NCBI GenBank assembly: GCA_965207375.1
Contig: OZ242274.1
Location: 416,001 to 480,000 of the forward strand
DNA length: 64,000 nucleotides
Source: Nitrosopumilaceae archaeon
GTDB lineage: Archaea; Thermoproteota; Nitrososphaeria; Nitrososphaerales; Nitrosopumilaceae
Reading direction: 5' to 3'
Part shown: in pieces, positions 40,684-51,516 of the stretch
Layout of the letters: every line of letters begins with the position of its first letter
Numbering within the stretch: the stretch's first letter is position 1
Made by a program: the position numbers and the translations under genes
Notes under the pieces: model-generated
Told to the model about the DNA's origin: nothing
Databases searched by the model: none
What the model saw: only the letters and a program-made list of their open reading frames with translations

Positions 40684-41613
40684 CTAAAATCCGCGCTCAT
40701 CAAATGTCAACCCTAATAGTGCAGCACGCGTATATTTTCCGTATTCGGCCTGTTGAAAATATTTTGCATTGGGAGTAGAATCGACTTCTGGAGATATCTC
40801 GTCTAATCTTGGAAGCGGATGTAAAATTATTGCATCCTGTTTCATTTTCTGTAACAGGTCAAGGCCTATGACATAGCTTCCCCTTACCTTCATGTACTCC
40901 TCCTCGTCTGGAAATCTTTCCTTTTGAATTCGTGTCACGTAAATGACATCAAGCTCATCGATGTAATCCTCAATATTTGTAGATTCTGTAAAAGAAATTC
41001 GTTGCTTGATATCATATGTGGAATCTGGTCTAATTTTTAGAGACTCGGGGGAAATCAAATGTATGTCGACATTGTAGTTGCCTAGTCCGTACAAAAGAGA
41101 GTAGACGGTTCGTCCGTATTTTAAATCACCTACGATTCCGATTTTCAGTCCGTCAATTTTGTGTTTTTCCTTTTTAATTGTAAACAAATCCTGTATTGCC
41201 TGTGTGGGATGCTCCTCGGTACCTGAGCCTGCATTAATTACGGGCTTTGATGATACCTCTGCTGCAAATCTGCTAGAACCATCTAGAGAATGTCGCAGTA
41301 CCAAAACATCAGAATATATCGACATTATTTTTATCGTATCTGACAGGCTCTCACCTTTTTGCGTAGATGATGATTTGATATCAGCAATTCCCAAGGATGT
41401 TCCCCCAATTGATGCCATCGCAGATTCAAAGCTTAGGCGGGTTCTAGTACTTGGCTCAAAGAAAAGATATCCCAAGGTCTTGCCGCGTCCAATCTCTCTT
41501 CTTTGGACAGGGCTCATACTCATGATCTTCTCTGTGGCATCAAAGATGTGTTCAAGCTTTGGCCTGTCAAAATCCTTTATGGATATTACGTCTCTGCCAA
41601 AGAATTCATTCAT
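40684..41613 (-). CDS. pyrB: Aspartate carbamoyltransferase catalytic subunit
   Basis: FFEPSTRTRLSF, HPTQ, GDLKYGRTV and HPLPR. Confidence 0.97.
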   Translation of the reverse strand: MNEFFGRDVISIKDFDRPKLEHIFDATEKIMSMSPVQRREIGRGKTLGYLFFEPSTRTRLSFESAMASIGGTSLGIADIKSSSTQKGESLSDTIKIMSIYSDVLVLRHSLDGSSRFAAEVSSKPVINAGSGTEEHPTQAIQDLFTIKKEKHKIDGLKIGIVGDLKYGRTVYSLLYGLGNYNVDIHLISPESLKIRPDSTYDIKQRISFTESTNIEDYIDELDVIYVTRIQKERFPDEEEYMKVRGSYVIGLDLLQKMKQDAIILHPLPRLDEISPEVDSTPNAKYFQQAEYGKYTRAALLGLTFDERGF

Positions 41614-41655
41614 GTCTTTCAATCATATATACGGGTGCATATACAAAGTATTCTG

Positions 41656-42120
41656 ATGCAAGAGTCAGAGCTTATCGTGAGGAGAATCAAGGAGGGTACA
41701 GTTATTGACCATATTGATGAGGGAAAGGGCCTACCTGTACTAAATGCGCTCAGAATAGATGGCAGTGACGGCAGCCTAATCACGCTTGCACTAAATGTTC
41801 CAAGCGGCAAATTCAAGAAAAAAGACATCATCAAGGTCGAAAACAAGTTTCTAAGGGATGATGACACAAGCAAGCTTGCAGTTATTGCCCCCAAGGCCAC
41901 AGTAAACATAATCAAAGATTACAAGCTTGCAGAAAAGAGAAGAATATCTCTGCCAAATGAGATTGACAAGATATTTCGTTGTTCAAATCCAGAATGTATA
42001 ACCAACAGTTCAGAACATATCGAGTCGGTCATGGACGTAGTTGACAAGGACAAATTGATTCTAAAATGTCGCTATTGTAGCCGAATACTTGACGTAAACA
42101 GTCTAAACTATAACGCATAA
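41656..42120 (+). CDS. pyrI: Aspartate carbamoyltransferase regulatory subunit
   Basis: IKEGTVIDHI, KKDIIKVE and CSNPECITN..CRYC. Confidence 0.96.
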   Translation: MQESELIVRRIKEGTVIDHIDEGKGLPVLNALRIDGSDGSLITLALNVPSGKFKKKDIIKVENKFLRDDDTSKLAVIAPKATVNIIKDYKLAEKRRISLPNEIDKIFRCSNPECITNSSEHIESVMDVVDKDKLILKCRYCSRILDVNSLNYNA

Positions 42121-42146
42121 AAATCTAAAAAGATTAACGACTGGGT

Positions 42147-42458
42147 TTATTGTCCCAGGATGATAAACATCATTACGATACCGTAGATTGCAATTGATTC
42201 TACCATACCTACGAAGATGAATACTTTTGACTGTAATGCCGGATTCTCACTGATAACTGCAAGTCCTGCTGCACCCACTTGGCCTAGACCAATTCCTGCG
42301 CCGCCTGCTGCAATTCCAAATGCCAAACCTGCACCGAGGAGTTTCATAGAGTCTGCTTGGCTCATTTCACCATCACCTTCGGCTGCATAAGCTAGTCCAG
42401 TCAAACCTGTAAATGAGATTACAAGTGTTGCCAAAAGTAACAAGACTATAGGTTTCAT
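42147..42458 (-). CDS. atpK: A-type ATP synthase proteolipid subunit K (c)
   Basis: Leader peptide plus one hairpin: GAGLAFGIAAGGAGIGLG...MVESIAIYG with the essential Glu. Confidence 0.94.
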   Translation of the reverse strand: MKPIVLLLLATLVISFTGLTGLAYAAEGDGEMSQADSMKLLGAGLAFGIAAGGAGIGLGQVGAAGLAVISENPALQSKVFIFVGMVESIAIYGIVMMFIILGQ

Positions 42459-42510
42459 TGATATCCTCGCTCTCTAAACTCCATATTTAAATCATGATAA
42501 TTTTTTATGA

Positions 42511-42642
42511 TCAGATTTTGGCGATCGTTGATTCCTTTAGGCCGTTAATTTCATCTTTGATGGATCTGACAGAGTCATCAAATTCCTGTGCAACAGAATT
42601 TTTTGAATCCTCTACAAGTTTTTTGATTTGTTGTTTTGCCAT
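42511..42642 (-). CDS. 43-aa helical protein between atpD and atpK (not in the ORF track)
   Basis: MAKQQIKKLVEDSKNSVAQEFDDSVRSIKDEINGLKESTIAKI; ATG overlaps the atpD stop (TAATG). Confidence 0.65.
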   Translation of the reverse strand: MAKQQIKKLVEDSKNSVAQEFDDSVRSIKDEINGLKESTIAKI

Positions 42643-43274
42643 TACTTTCTATTCTCCATGGCAGCCTTGACTTTTTTTAACTTTGCGAATTCCTCTCTTT
42701 CTCGTTCCTCAAGTGTGGCTAGAATAAACTTGATTCTTTGCTGGTATTGTGGAATAATGACATTTTCTAGTGCGTTTAGAAGCTTTTGGGTTTTTTCCAG
42801 CGCCTTGGCAAGACTGAAAATAGAGTTTTCGTATTCTGCTGCCTTGCATATTTGTGGCAGCAATACCTTGATCTGTTTTGCTGCCCTGTCAATTGAGGAG
42901 TTGGTATCTGCAAATCCGTATGGCATGGATTTGGTGTCTTTTTCTGTCACGTTTAGTGTGGGGATTTTTACATCGACGATTCTTCTGATATTGACATCTA
43001 CCTCCATGACAGGCGGGGTGGATTCGGCAACAGAGTCAACGGTGCTAGTTCCTAGCGCAAGATATGCCTCATTGACTGAGGTATAGATGTCCTGCAAAGG
43101 ATCCCAGATGCCGCCCCGTGCTTTTGAGGCCTCGTCAATCATTTCTTCAATGTTTTTCAGCAAAACTTTGCGCTTATCATCAAGAATTTTTTGAACCATC
43201 GAAGCTACTTGACTAGAACGCTTGTACTTTAAAAGCTCAATTTTGGTTGCAGCTACGTTTTGTCCAAATGACAT
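42642..43274 (-). CDS. atpD: A-type ATP synthase subunit D
   Basis: ATKIELLK, ILDDKRKVL and NALENVIIP...LEEREREEF. Confidence 0.95.
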   Translation of the reverse strand: MSFGQNVAATKIELLKYKRSSQVASMVQKILDDKRKVLLKNIEEMIDEASKARGGIWDPLQDIYTSVNEAYLALGTSTVDSVAESTPPVMEVDVNIRRIVDVKIPTLNVTEKDTKSMPYGFADTNSSIDRAAKQIKVLLPQICKAAEYENSIFSLAKALEKTQKLLNALENVIIPQYQQRIKFILATLEEREREEFAKLKKVKAAMENRK

Positions 43275-43278
43275 TTGA

Positions 43279-44664
43279 CTACTTTTCCTGATAATATTGG
43301 TCTACGAACTTGTCTTTGACCTTTGTTAACTCGTTTTTTGGTAGATTGGAGACTACCTTCCACAGTATCCCTAATGTCTCTTCTATGTTTCTATTTTCAT
43401 CTATTGCCTGTGACAGAAATTCCTTTTCAAATGTGTCTCCTACATCCATGTATTTCAAATCGATATCTGTTAATCCTGCCTTGCCTACTATACCTGCAAG
43501 TGCTCTGACCTCTTGGGCTCGTGAATATGCATCATAGTTTTGGTTTGAAATTTCACCGTGGTCCTCACGGGTACTGCCCTTGCCTATGCCGTCCTTCATA
43601 AGTCTGCTAAGACTCATCAGGATGTTTACCGGCGGATAGATGCCTTGGCGGAACAGATCCCGGCCAAGTACAATTTGTCCTTCGGTGATATATCCGGTAA
43701 GATCTGGAATCGGATGTGTAATATCATCAGAGGGCATTGATAAAATCGGAACCTGTGTAACACTTCCCTTTCTACCTACAAGCTTTCCTGCCCTTTCATA
43801 AATTGTTGAAAGGTCGGTGTAAAGATATCCTGGATAGCCCTTTCGTCCGGGAACCTCTTCTCTTGCTGCACTGATCTCTCTGAGTGCCTCAGCATAGTTT
43901 GTCATGTCTGTTAATATAACCAAAACGTGCATTCCAAGATCAAATGCAAGATATTCTGCAGTAGTTAGGGCCACACGTGGTGTGATAATTCTCTCAATTG
44001 CAGGATCGTCTGCTAGATTCAAAAACAGGACACTTCTTTTGAGTGCTCCAGATTCTTGAAGACTCTTTTTGAAATATTCTGCCTCACTGTACTGCACGCC
44101 AATTGCTGCAAATACGACAGCAAAGTCGTCACCGGTACCAATTACTGATGCCTGTCTTGCAATTTGTGCGGCCAATATATTGTGAGACATGCCAGAACCT
44201 GAAAAGATTGGAAGCTTTTGGCCTCTGACTAGTGTAATCATGCCGTCAATTACAGATACGCCTGTCTGAATGAAATCCTTGGGATATTCCCTTTGCTCTG
44301 GGTTCATCGGTTCGCCGTTGATGTCAATGAACTTGTCGGCAATTGGATCTGGTAGACCATCCTTTGGTCTTCCCAATCCGTCAAAAACTCTGCCAAGTAC
44401 CTCCTTTGATACAGGCATGTCCATTACTTTGCCTACAAACTTTGCCTTGGTTCCTGCCACAGATAATCCGGTTGTTCCCTCAAAGACCTGAACGATTGCC
44501 TGTCCATTTCCAACCTCTAATACCTTGCCTAGTCTTCTTTCACCTGCAGTGGTTTCAATCTCAACTAGTTCGTCAAATGCTGCACTTTCTACCTCGTCAA
44601 CTATAACTAGAGGTCCCTTGATTTCTGCAATCTTACTATATTGGATGCCGCCTTGTGATGTCAA
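43279..44664 (-). CDS. atpB: A-type ATP synthase subunit B
   Basis: [26 protein letters not shown] and [18 protein letters not shown]. Confidence 0.97.
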   Translation of the reverse strand: MTSQGGIQYSKIAEIKGPLVIVDEVESAAFDELVEIETTAGERRLGKVLEVGNGQAIVQVFEGTTGLSVAGTKAKFVGKVMDMPVSKEVLGRVFDGLGRPKDGLPDPIADKFIDINGEPMNPEQREYPKDFIQTGVSVIDGMITLVRGQKLPIFSGSGMSHNILAAQIARQASVIGTGDDFAVVFAAIGVQYSEAEYFKKSLQESGALKRSVLFLNLADDPAIERIITPRVALTTAEYLAFDLGMHVLVILTDMTNYAEALREISAAREEVPGRKGYPGYLYTDLSTIYERAGKLVGRKGSVTQVPILSMPSDDITHPIPDLTGYITEGQIVLGRDLFRQGIYPPVNILMSLSRLMKDGIGKGSTREDHGEISNQNYDAYSRAQEVRALAGIVGKAGLTDIDLKYMDVGDTFEKEFLSQAIDENRNIEETLGILWKVVSNLPKNELTKVKDKFVDQYYQEK

Positions 44665-46439
44665 TTGCTTACCTTCACTCCCACAACATTTTTGAACTGT
44701 TCATCCATATCAGTTGCCAATTTATCCAGTTTTGGCATTTCGTCATCTCTGACCTCCATTCTTGCTTTGAGAAGAGATGAAATAACTGGCATTGCACGTA
44801 TGTCGGCAAGGTCGGCACCCTCCTTGAGTGCCTGATTTCCGCGTTTGTAAAAGTCTACTAGCAGTTTTAACAATTTGAATTGTTTTTCTGTGCTACAATA
44901 TGTGTCTACATCATCAAATGAATTTTGTTGTAAGAGGGCAATCTTTACCATTCTTGCAACCTCAAGAATTAGTTTTTCCTCATCGGGAAGTGCTTCAGGA
45001 CCTAAGAGTCTGACAATTTCCTTTAGTGTGTCCTCTCTTTGCAAGACACTGTATGCCTCGCTTCTTAAACCAAACCATTCCTGACTGACATTTTCTCCCC
45101 ACCATTTTGCAATGTCTGCCAAGTATCCAGAATAGCTGTTCATCCAGTTAATTGACGGATAGTGTCTAGAGTATGCAAGTTTTGCATCTAGGGCCCAAAA
45201 TGTTTTGATAAATCTCATTGTATGAGTTGTTACAGGTTCTGTAAAGTCACCGCCAGATGGCGATACTGCGCCGACTAGTGTTACAGAGCCGTCCCTGTCG
45301 GGGCTTCCTGATGCGCGAACGCGTCCTGCTCGTTCATAAAATTCTGCCAATCGTGATGCCAAATATGACGGATATCCTTCCTCTGCAGGCATCTCCTCAA
45401 GACGTCCACTCATTTCTCTGAGTGCTTCGGCCCATCTAGATGTAGAGTCTGCCACCAAGACTACGTCTTTGCCCATGTCCCGGTAATATTCGGCAATGGT
45501 TACACCTGTGTATATGCTTGCCTCCCTAGCTGCTACGGGCATGTTGCTTGTGTTTGCTACAAGAACAGTTCTGTCCATGAGTGGTTTGCCGGTTCTTGGA
45601 TCTTTGAGTTCTGGGAATTCAACAAGTACCTCCGTCATTTCGTTTCCGCGTTCGCCACAGCCGATATAGACTACCACCTGAGAGTCTGCCCACTTGGCGA
45701 TTTGGTGCAGCGTTACGGTTTTGCCTGTACCAAAGGCTCCAGGAATGGAACCGGTGCCTCCCTTGGCGATTGGAAAGAACGTATCAATGACGCGCTGTCC
45801 TGTAATTAATGGAACCGTTGCATCGTATCGTGTTTTGTATGGACGTGGTTTTCTGACGGGCCATTTTTGATACATTTTGATCGTAGAGCTTTGTCCGTCT
45901 TTTTCAGTTGTTGCCAAATCAGTTTCTAAATCATAATCTCCTTCTGAAACAATGTTTGTGATTTTGCCGCCTGGATGATCGGGGGATACCATAATACTGT
46001 GATCAATTAAATCAGTTTCCTGTACTACACCTATGACATTTCCTGCCTCGACGGTATCACCTACACTTACACTTGGGACAAAGTGATACTTTTTGGTCAT
46101 ATCAATTGGTGTGGTAGTAATTCCCCTTCCGATAAAGGAGCCAGATGCCTTTGATAGTTCCTTGAGCGGCCTTTGAATTCCATCATAAATTTGGCCTATA
46201 ATTCCAGGCCCTAAAATTACACTTAATGGATTACCTGTGCCGATTACAGGCTCTCCCGGTTTTAGACCGCTAGTTGATTCGTAAACCTGGATAAAGGCAA
46301 CATCGCCGGTAAGTCTGATTACCTCACCGATTAACTTTGAATCTCCCACAACGACGGTTTCATACATTTTGGCCTCAGACATGCCGTCTGCCTTTACTGC
46401 AGGACCACTAACCCAAACAATTCTGCCTTGCGCCGTCAT
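44661..46439 (-). CDS. atpA: A-type ATP synthase subunit A
   Basis: GAFGTGKT P-loop, GCGERGNEM and [13 protein letters not shown]; no intein. Confidence 0.97.
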   Translation of the reverse strand: MTAQGRIVWVSGPAVKADGMSEAKMYETVVVGDSKLIGEVIRLTGDVAFIQVYESTSGLKPGEPVIGTGNPLSVILGPGIIGQIYDGIQRPLKELSKASGSFIGRGITTTPIDMTKKYHFVPSVSVGDTVEAGNVIGVVQETDLIDHSIMVSPDHPGGKITNIVSEGDYDLETDLATTEKDGQSSTIKMYQKWPVRKPRPYKTRYDATVPLITGQRVIDTFFPIAKGGTGSIPGAFGTGKTVTLHQIAKWADSQVVVYIGCGERGNEMTEVLVEFPELKDPRTGKPLMDRTVLVANTSNMPVAAREASIYTGVTIAEYYRDMGKDVVLVADSTSRWAEALREMSGRLEEMPAEEGYPSYLASRLAEFYERAGRVRASGSPDRDGSVTLVGAVSPSGGDFTEPVTTHTMRFIKTFWALDAKLAYSRHYPSINWMNSYSGYLADIAKWWGENVSQEWFGLRSEAYSVLQREDTLKEIVRLLGPEALPDEEKLILEVARMVKIALLQQNSFDDVDTYCSTEKQFKLLKLLVDFYKRGNQALKEGADLADIRAMPVISSLLKARMEVRDDEMPKLDKLATDMDEQFKNVVGVKVSN

Positions 46440-46440
46440 C

Positions 46441-47037
46441 TTAGTTACCTAATCCGAATTTGGTTGCAATTTCTTTCCTTATTAAAGGCTTCAAACGTTC
46501 TAGTCTAGCATCGACAGTATTATCAAATGTCATCGATCCATCTTTTGAGATTGCCTTGATGCCGCCCATGCAGTCAATAGTTTCAGATGCTAGATTAGCT
46601 CCTGTGTATCGTGGTAAAAGTGATTGTACCATTGATTGGTCAGAATCATTTGTGTAAATTGTGATTTCAGAGGTTCCCAAGATATTTGTCGATTCGTCTA
46701 AAAGTGTGTTAATAAATTTGGAATAATTTTCATTTCTTTCTGTATTTTTGATTTTTTCAATGGCTTTTTCAAAAACTTTGTCGACTGATTCTTCTACGAG
46801 AAGCAGTTGCTTGTTTCTTGCCTCTAGATCTGCTCCGCCCACTATTTGCTTTTCTATCTTGTCTGCCTCCTTGTTTCCATCAGATATGATTTTGTCATAT
46901 TCTGTTTCCAAGGATGTTACAGAGTCATCTAGTGTGGAGTTGGCATCAGTCATGGTAGATTTCAACTTTGATAAAATATCGGCCTCTGTTTGATCCAATA
47001 TTTTATCTACAGTACGTTTTAGAGCAACATCTGCCAA
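46441..47037 (-). CDS. atpE: A-type ATP synthase subunit E
   Basis: Coiled N-terminus; IDCMGGI...DNTVDARL; probable TTG start at 47037. Confidence 0.92.
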   Translation of the reverse strand: MADVALKRTVDKILDQTEADILSKLKSTMTDANSTLDDSVTSLETEYDKIISDGNKEADKIEKQIVGGADLEARNKQLLLVEESVDKVFEKAIEKIKNTERNENYSKFINTLLDESTNILGTSEITIYTNDSDQSMVQSLLPRYTGANLASETIDCMGGIKAISKDGSMTFDNTVDARLERLKPLIRKEIATKFGLGN

Positions 47038-47131
47038 TATTTCCTCGAAATGGATAATGGATTTTAATGTTTGGGAGTTTGCAAAAAGCTTTGGAAAGAT
47101 ATTAAAATCAAAGAAAAACCCAAGGAGTGAC

Positions 47132-49234
47132 TTGGTAGTAGCAGATCTGAAGATTGGAAGCATAGTTTTACCAAGAAGTGAGTCTCCTGAGGCCGTTTCT
47201 AGACTAGCAGAGTTTGAATGGTTTCACAAAATTGACTCAGAAAGTGACATTGTAACTCCAGAAATTGACGATCTGTTATTGAGGGCGCAGCAAACGTTTC
47301 AATCAATTGATGATGTTGTCAAAGGACTAGGAGTTCCGCTCTCAATTGGAATCATGGAGATCATGTTCAAGGGAACTAGCATCAAGAAAAAAGACTATGA
47401 GGTTGATGAGATTAAAAACATGATTGCAGACTTGGAGAAAAAAGCTCCAGATATCATAGATGAGCCTGCAAAAATATTAGAAGAAGAGACTGCAACAAAG
47501 CGCTCACTTGAAGAATATACTGCTTTACAAGATACGCTAGAGATTGCCAAGAAACTAAAGCTGGATCTTGGCGGCTTTGGACTCATGAAATACTTTTACA
47601 CAAATCTGTTTGTAATTGACACCTCTGACTATGAGGAAATCAACAGATCACTTGAAAATGCAACAGTCTACAAGTTTGACTTGGAAAACAAGGCAAAGTC
47701 TGCCTTGCTGATTATATCAGGTGTACAGTATTCAGATACTGTACTCAAAGTAATGCGGAGTTTTAATGCAAATCCGTTTGTAATTCCTGAAGGTATGCCC
47801 CAAATACCAAGTGAGGCATTTGCACTTGCAGAATCAAAGATCAAGGAGCTGACTCTAAAACAAAAGAAATTGCAAAAGCAAAAGGCCTCAATTACGAAAT
47901 CCATAAGAAGAGACATAATGTCAATTCACGAAACTGCCATGGTTGCAAAAGACGTACTAGAAACTGTTAGAAAGCCGGGTGGAACTAGGAATTTTGCAGT
48001 CATTCAAGGATACATTCCAAAATCAATGGAGACAAAATTCAAGAAAATTACTAGTAGATGGACTAGCATAGTAGAAGACATTACAGACCCCAAATTGGAA
48101 AAAGACGCACCCACTCTGTTTGATAATAAAAAATTCATTAGGACCTTTGAGGTAATTACCCACAGCCAAGGCATTCCAAAGAAGGGAGAGGCAGACCCTA
48201 CCCCCATGATTGCCATGATGTGGCCAATCTTTTATGGAATCATGTTTGCCGATTTGGGTCACGGACTGTTGCTTATGGGACTAGGACTGTTGTTCAAGGT
48301 AAAAGGACAGGGTGTCCTGTCAAGATGGGGAATGCTAATTGCAATCTCTGGTGCAGCAGCAGCAATAGCAGGGGTTGGCGCAGGCGAAGCGTTTGGTTAT
48401 CATATTGATCATCTAGGGCCGTTTACTGATTTGTTGGCCCCCGGTGGTGCATTGCATTCGGTAAGCTGGATTGTAGGCATTCTCAGTGTGGCGGAACTAT
48501 CATTTGATCAGGTAATTGACATTCTCAAGGTTTCATTGTTCTTGGGAATTATACACCTAGTGTGGGCCATGATTTTGAGAATGAGGGTACTAGCACAAAA
48601 GGGAGAAAAGATGGTACTGTACCTAGAGGCGATTCCAAATCTTACACTTTATGGTGGAATCGTAGTTATCATGATGTGTGCAATTGGTTCACAGTATGAT
48701 GTCATGAACATGTATTCAAAGGTTCACACAGAATCGATTCCATGGGTGACAGTCTTTTTGGGAGAATGGGCTCAAGTCTGGATTGTCACTAGAATTGCAG
48801 TAGTTATCGTAATTGCATCGATGGTTCTGATGATGATAGGTGGAATCATGCATGCCAAAAAGCATCCCGATGCAGGAGGGGATCCTGCCAGTGTTGTAAT
48901 GGAGGTATTTTTGGGCAAGACCATTGAGGCACTTGCCCACACAATCAGCTATGCCAGACTCGGCATCATGCTGCTAGTGCATGCAGCGCTGTTGCTGACG
49001 GTAAACAATGCATATGCCTCACTTGGCGGAATAGAATCGCCTGGTGCCTTGGCAATGATCATTGGGGGAAACTTGGGAATCATGATGATTGAGGGGTTAA
49101 TTGTGTACATCCAGTCTCTCAGACTGCATCTGTACGAGTTCTTTACAAAGTGGTACGATGGCGGCGCACAGCCATTTAGACAAATTCGTCCAGAATTAAT
49201 TTACAACCAGTTTAAATGGAAGCCAAAAAACTAG
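47132..49234 (+). CDS. atpI: A-type ATP synthase subunit I (a)
   Basis: PTP..WPIFYGIMFADLGHG, ISYARL and IQSLRLHLYEFFTKWY; divergent from atpE. Confidence 0.95.
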   Translation: MVVADLKIGSIVLPRSESPEAVSRLAEFEWFHKIDSESDIVTPEIDDLLLRAQQTFQSIDDVVKGLGVPLSIGIMEIMFKGTSIKKKDYEVDEIKNMIADLEKKAPDIIDEPAKILEEETATKRSLEEYTALQDTLEIAKKLKLDLGGFGLMKYFYTNLFVIDTSDYEEINRSLENATVYKFDLENKAKSALLIISGVQYSDTVLKVMRSFNANPFVIPEGMPQIPSEAFALAESKIKELTLKQKKLQKQKASITKSIRRDIMSIHETAMVAKDVLETVRKPGGTRNFAVIQGYIPKSMETKFKKITSRWTSIVEDITDPKLEKDAPTLFDNKKFIRTFEVITHSQGIPKKGEADPTPMIAMMWPIFYGIMFADLGHGLLLMGLGLLFKVKGQGVLSRWGMLIAISGAAAAIAGVGAGEAFGYHIDHLGPFTDLLAPGGALHSVSWIVGILSVAELSFDQVIDILKVSLFLGIIHLVWAMILRMRVLAQKGEKMVLYLEAIPNLTLYGGIVVIMMCAIGSQYDVMNMYSKVHTESIPWVTVFLGEWAQVWIVTRIAVVIVIASMVLMMIGGIMHAKKHPDAGGDPASVVMEVFLGKTIEALAHTISYARLGIMLLVHAALLLTVNNAYASLGGIESPGALAMIIGGNLGIMMIEGLIVYIQSLRLHLYEFFTKWYDGGAQPFRQIRPELIYNQFKWKPKN

Positions 49235-49327
49235 GCTGTCAAATAATCTGCGGTACAAAACAACTCTAAATTATTAACAGTTTCAAATTTGCAGTGAAAT
49301 AGAGAAACATCTTATTATGTTACTATT

Positions 49328-50182
49328 ATGATTTGCAATATGCATCACAATCAGGTTTATGGCAATTTGTTGTCATACAAATTCTATACTAGGCCTACAG
49401 CACGCAGGACATACGGATATACACATGTAACCAAGGTAAAGCACCAAAAAAATGTCCACGAGTTGTTAAATATACTGTTTATGCACGGAACAAGCTCAAC
49501 GTGGGAGATGGCGCAAACTAAATACTCCAAGGTGACTGCCATAAGAAATCAGGAAAAAATCTACAGACGGTTGCTAGTTGGCAGGACAGACAGAAACAAG
49601 TACTCTAGAGGCATATTAGACATAGGTCTTGTGCTAAAAGAGGGCTCTACACGCTATACAAAGTATAGGCTGTCACTGTATGGAATACTGTATTGTTTGG
49701 ACACACAAGAGCTTGACAAAAAAAGCATCAACAATATGGCAAAAAAATACGCCTTTTTGCTTCCAAACGTATTTGGCAAGTGGAACAGAATAAAATCCGT
49801 TTTGGGCTCTGATGTGTACAATCTAGAGATACTAGCAAAAGGTGTTTTGTTAAACAACACAAAGTTTGCACATAATGACAATCCGCTATATGAGCTAATG
49901 TCGTATCTTCACATAAAGTACAGGCGAAACTTTGAGTCCATATACGAACACCGACTAGCCGAGCAAATATCATACTGGTTTTACACCTATCTGCTGTATA
50001 CAAATCCTCAAAAGCTTAGCAGAGTACTAGCAAAGGATTCGGAATTGCAACAGTGGTATGTGGATTTTTTCAACGAGGCACGAAACTATTATGCACAGAG
50101 ATTGCTAGCAGTCAAAAATTTTAATGTCTTGGGAAATAATTCAAGATCAAACAAATTGAAAAAAACCATTACTAGAACATGA
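49328..50182 (+). CDS. Thaumarchaeal hypothetical protein with probable N-terminal winged helix
   Basis: LLNILFMHG.SSTWEMA...YRRLL...YRLSLYGIL wHTH wing signature. Confidence 0.65.
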   Translation: MICNMHHNQVYGNLLSYKFYTRPTARRTYGYTHVTKVKHQKNVHELLNILFMHGTSSTWEMAQTKYSKVTAIRNQEKIYRRLLVGRTDRNKYSRGILDIGLVLKEGSTRYTKYRLSLYGILYCLDTQELDKKSINNMAKKYAFLLPNVFGKWNRIKSVLGSDVYNLEILAKGVLLNNTKFAHNDNPLYELMSYLHIKYRRNFESIYEHRLAEQISYWFYTYLLYTNPQKLSRVLAKDSELQQWYVDFFNEARNYYAQRLLAVKNFNVLGNNSRSNKLKKTITRT

Positions 50183-50198
50183 AGAGATGCGCATGTAT

Positions 50199-50567
50199 CT
50201 ATTTTGCATGTTTTTGGATCATTTTACGTATGGCAGGCAGTTCCATTGGTTTGTTGATTAGGCCTGCAAGGTTTTTTGCAAGTGCTATTTGATACTTTGC
50301 ATCATCAAGTACATAGCTTGATGTAAATACTATTCTTGCATCGGTGTCAAGGTTTTTTATGCGCAAAAATGTCTCATGACCGTCAATTCCTGGCATCTTC
50401 ATATCTAAAAATACAATGTCTGGCTTGAGTTGAGTATATTTGGTTACGGCATCATATCCGTTAGTTACAGTATATGTATAATGTCCTTCGTGGATTAGTA
50501 ACAGCTCAAAGGATTCTAAAAAGTCGTAATCGTCATCTATGAGAAGTATTTTTTTGGGTACCATCAC
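50199..50567 (-). CDS. Stand-alone response-regulator receiver (CheY-like)
   Basis: ILLIDDD, PDIVFLDMKMPGIDG, FTSS and INKP. Confidence 0.92.
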   Translation of the reverse strand: MMVPKKILLIDDDYDFLESFELLLIHEGHYTYTVTNGYDAVTKYTQLKPDIVFLDMKMPGIDGHETFLRIKNLDTDARIVFTSSYVLDDAKYQIALAKNLAGLINKPMELPAIRKMIQKHAK

Positions 50568-51253
50568 ACAACTGTCCTCGGTAAAGGAATATGATCATTG
50601 TCTGCAAGAGTATCGTGCTGATTCATATTTGCAAGTCTTGTGTAGATGCTTTGCAATTTTGTTGTAAATAATAATTTTAATTGTGAGACGTATGTTGAAA
50701 TTCCGATTCTAGAGGGTTCAATCATATCTGATTTCATGTATATTTTTACTGCTATATATCCACTAATATCATTTATCCATATGCATTCAAGTTATCTATA
50801 CAATTAGTTGAAATAATTTTAAAAAAAACGGTACAAAACTAGGCCAGAATCCTTTGATCCTGTCGTACTACCACCATATTGTGTGGTTGAATCAGAAAAC
50901 GTGATTCTAAAGAATCAGATGTTGCATGATTATATCAAAGTGAACCTCATGCAAATGGAAACTATACACACTGTGTCAGGATTGCAAGAAAAATCTAGTG
51001 AAAAATACATTGTATTTGCAAGCAATTCAAATGAGATGTATATTGATTTAGAATATAATCAAGATAAACAGAATCCCAAGTGTTAACGTCATGGCCTGAA
51101 TTATATTCTATCTTTTGACGGCAAAGTAATTTCATGTCTAAAATTACTATAAATTCAAAACAACGTTAACAGATAAACAGAATCTAGAGTGTTGATGGCT
51201 ACAAAACTCTAAAAAATTAGAGTTAGAAGCATGCCGCAAATCATTATCAAGGG

Positions 51254-51261
51254 TTATATAA
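51254..51261 (+). promoter_or_regulatory. TATA box (TTATATAA) with purine-rich BRE-like sequence upstream, no downstream CDS
   Basis: ...CAAGGG TTATATAA C... Confidence 0.5.
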
Positions 51262-51284
51262 CAAAGGGATCATAGTGATATCAT

Positions 51285-51350
51285 ATGTAGAATGCCATAC
51301 ATATGACCTCCTCAATTGATAATTAGGGCAAACGGCCCTAATTATTTTTT
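51285..51350 (+). ncRNA. Candidate small RNA of about 65 nt
   Basis: Lies about 25 nt after a TATA box, contains ACCTCCT and ends in an 11-bp perfect hairpin plus T-run. Confidence 0.4.
51319..51350 (+). terminator. Stem-loop followed by T-run
   Basis: ATAATTAGGGC-AAACG-GCCCTAATTAT then TTTTT. Confidence 0.6.
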
Positions 51351-51516
51351 ATTATGTAAACACAAGATAACTATGTAATTATCTTGGTGAGCCAATCTTA
51401 GATTATGCGAGTACGCCACTTGAGTAATCTAAGCTTTTGCGTAATTGGACTTGTCCTGAACATATCTGTGCATAAAAAATTCTGGACCTGTGATTTTTAC
51501 ATAGTCACGTCTAAAT

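Noticed and set aside
50564-51086. Short ORFs around the receiver gene (57 aa at 50564-50737 on -, 67 aa at 50883-51086 on +)
   Set aside because: No recognisable motifs; could be remnants of a sensor gene but this cannot be supported by eye
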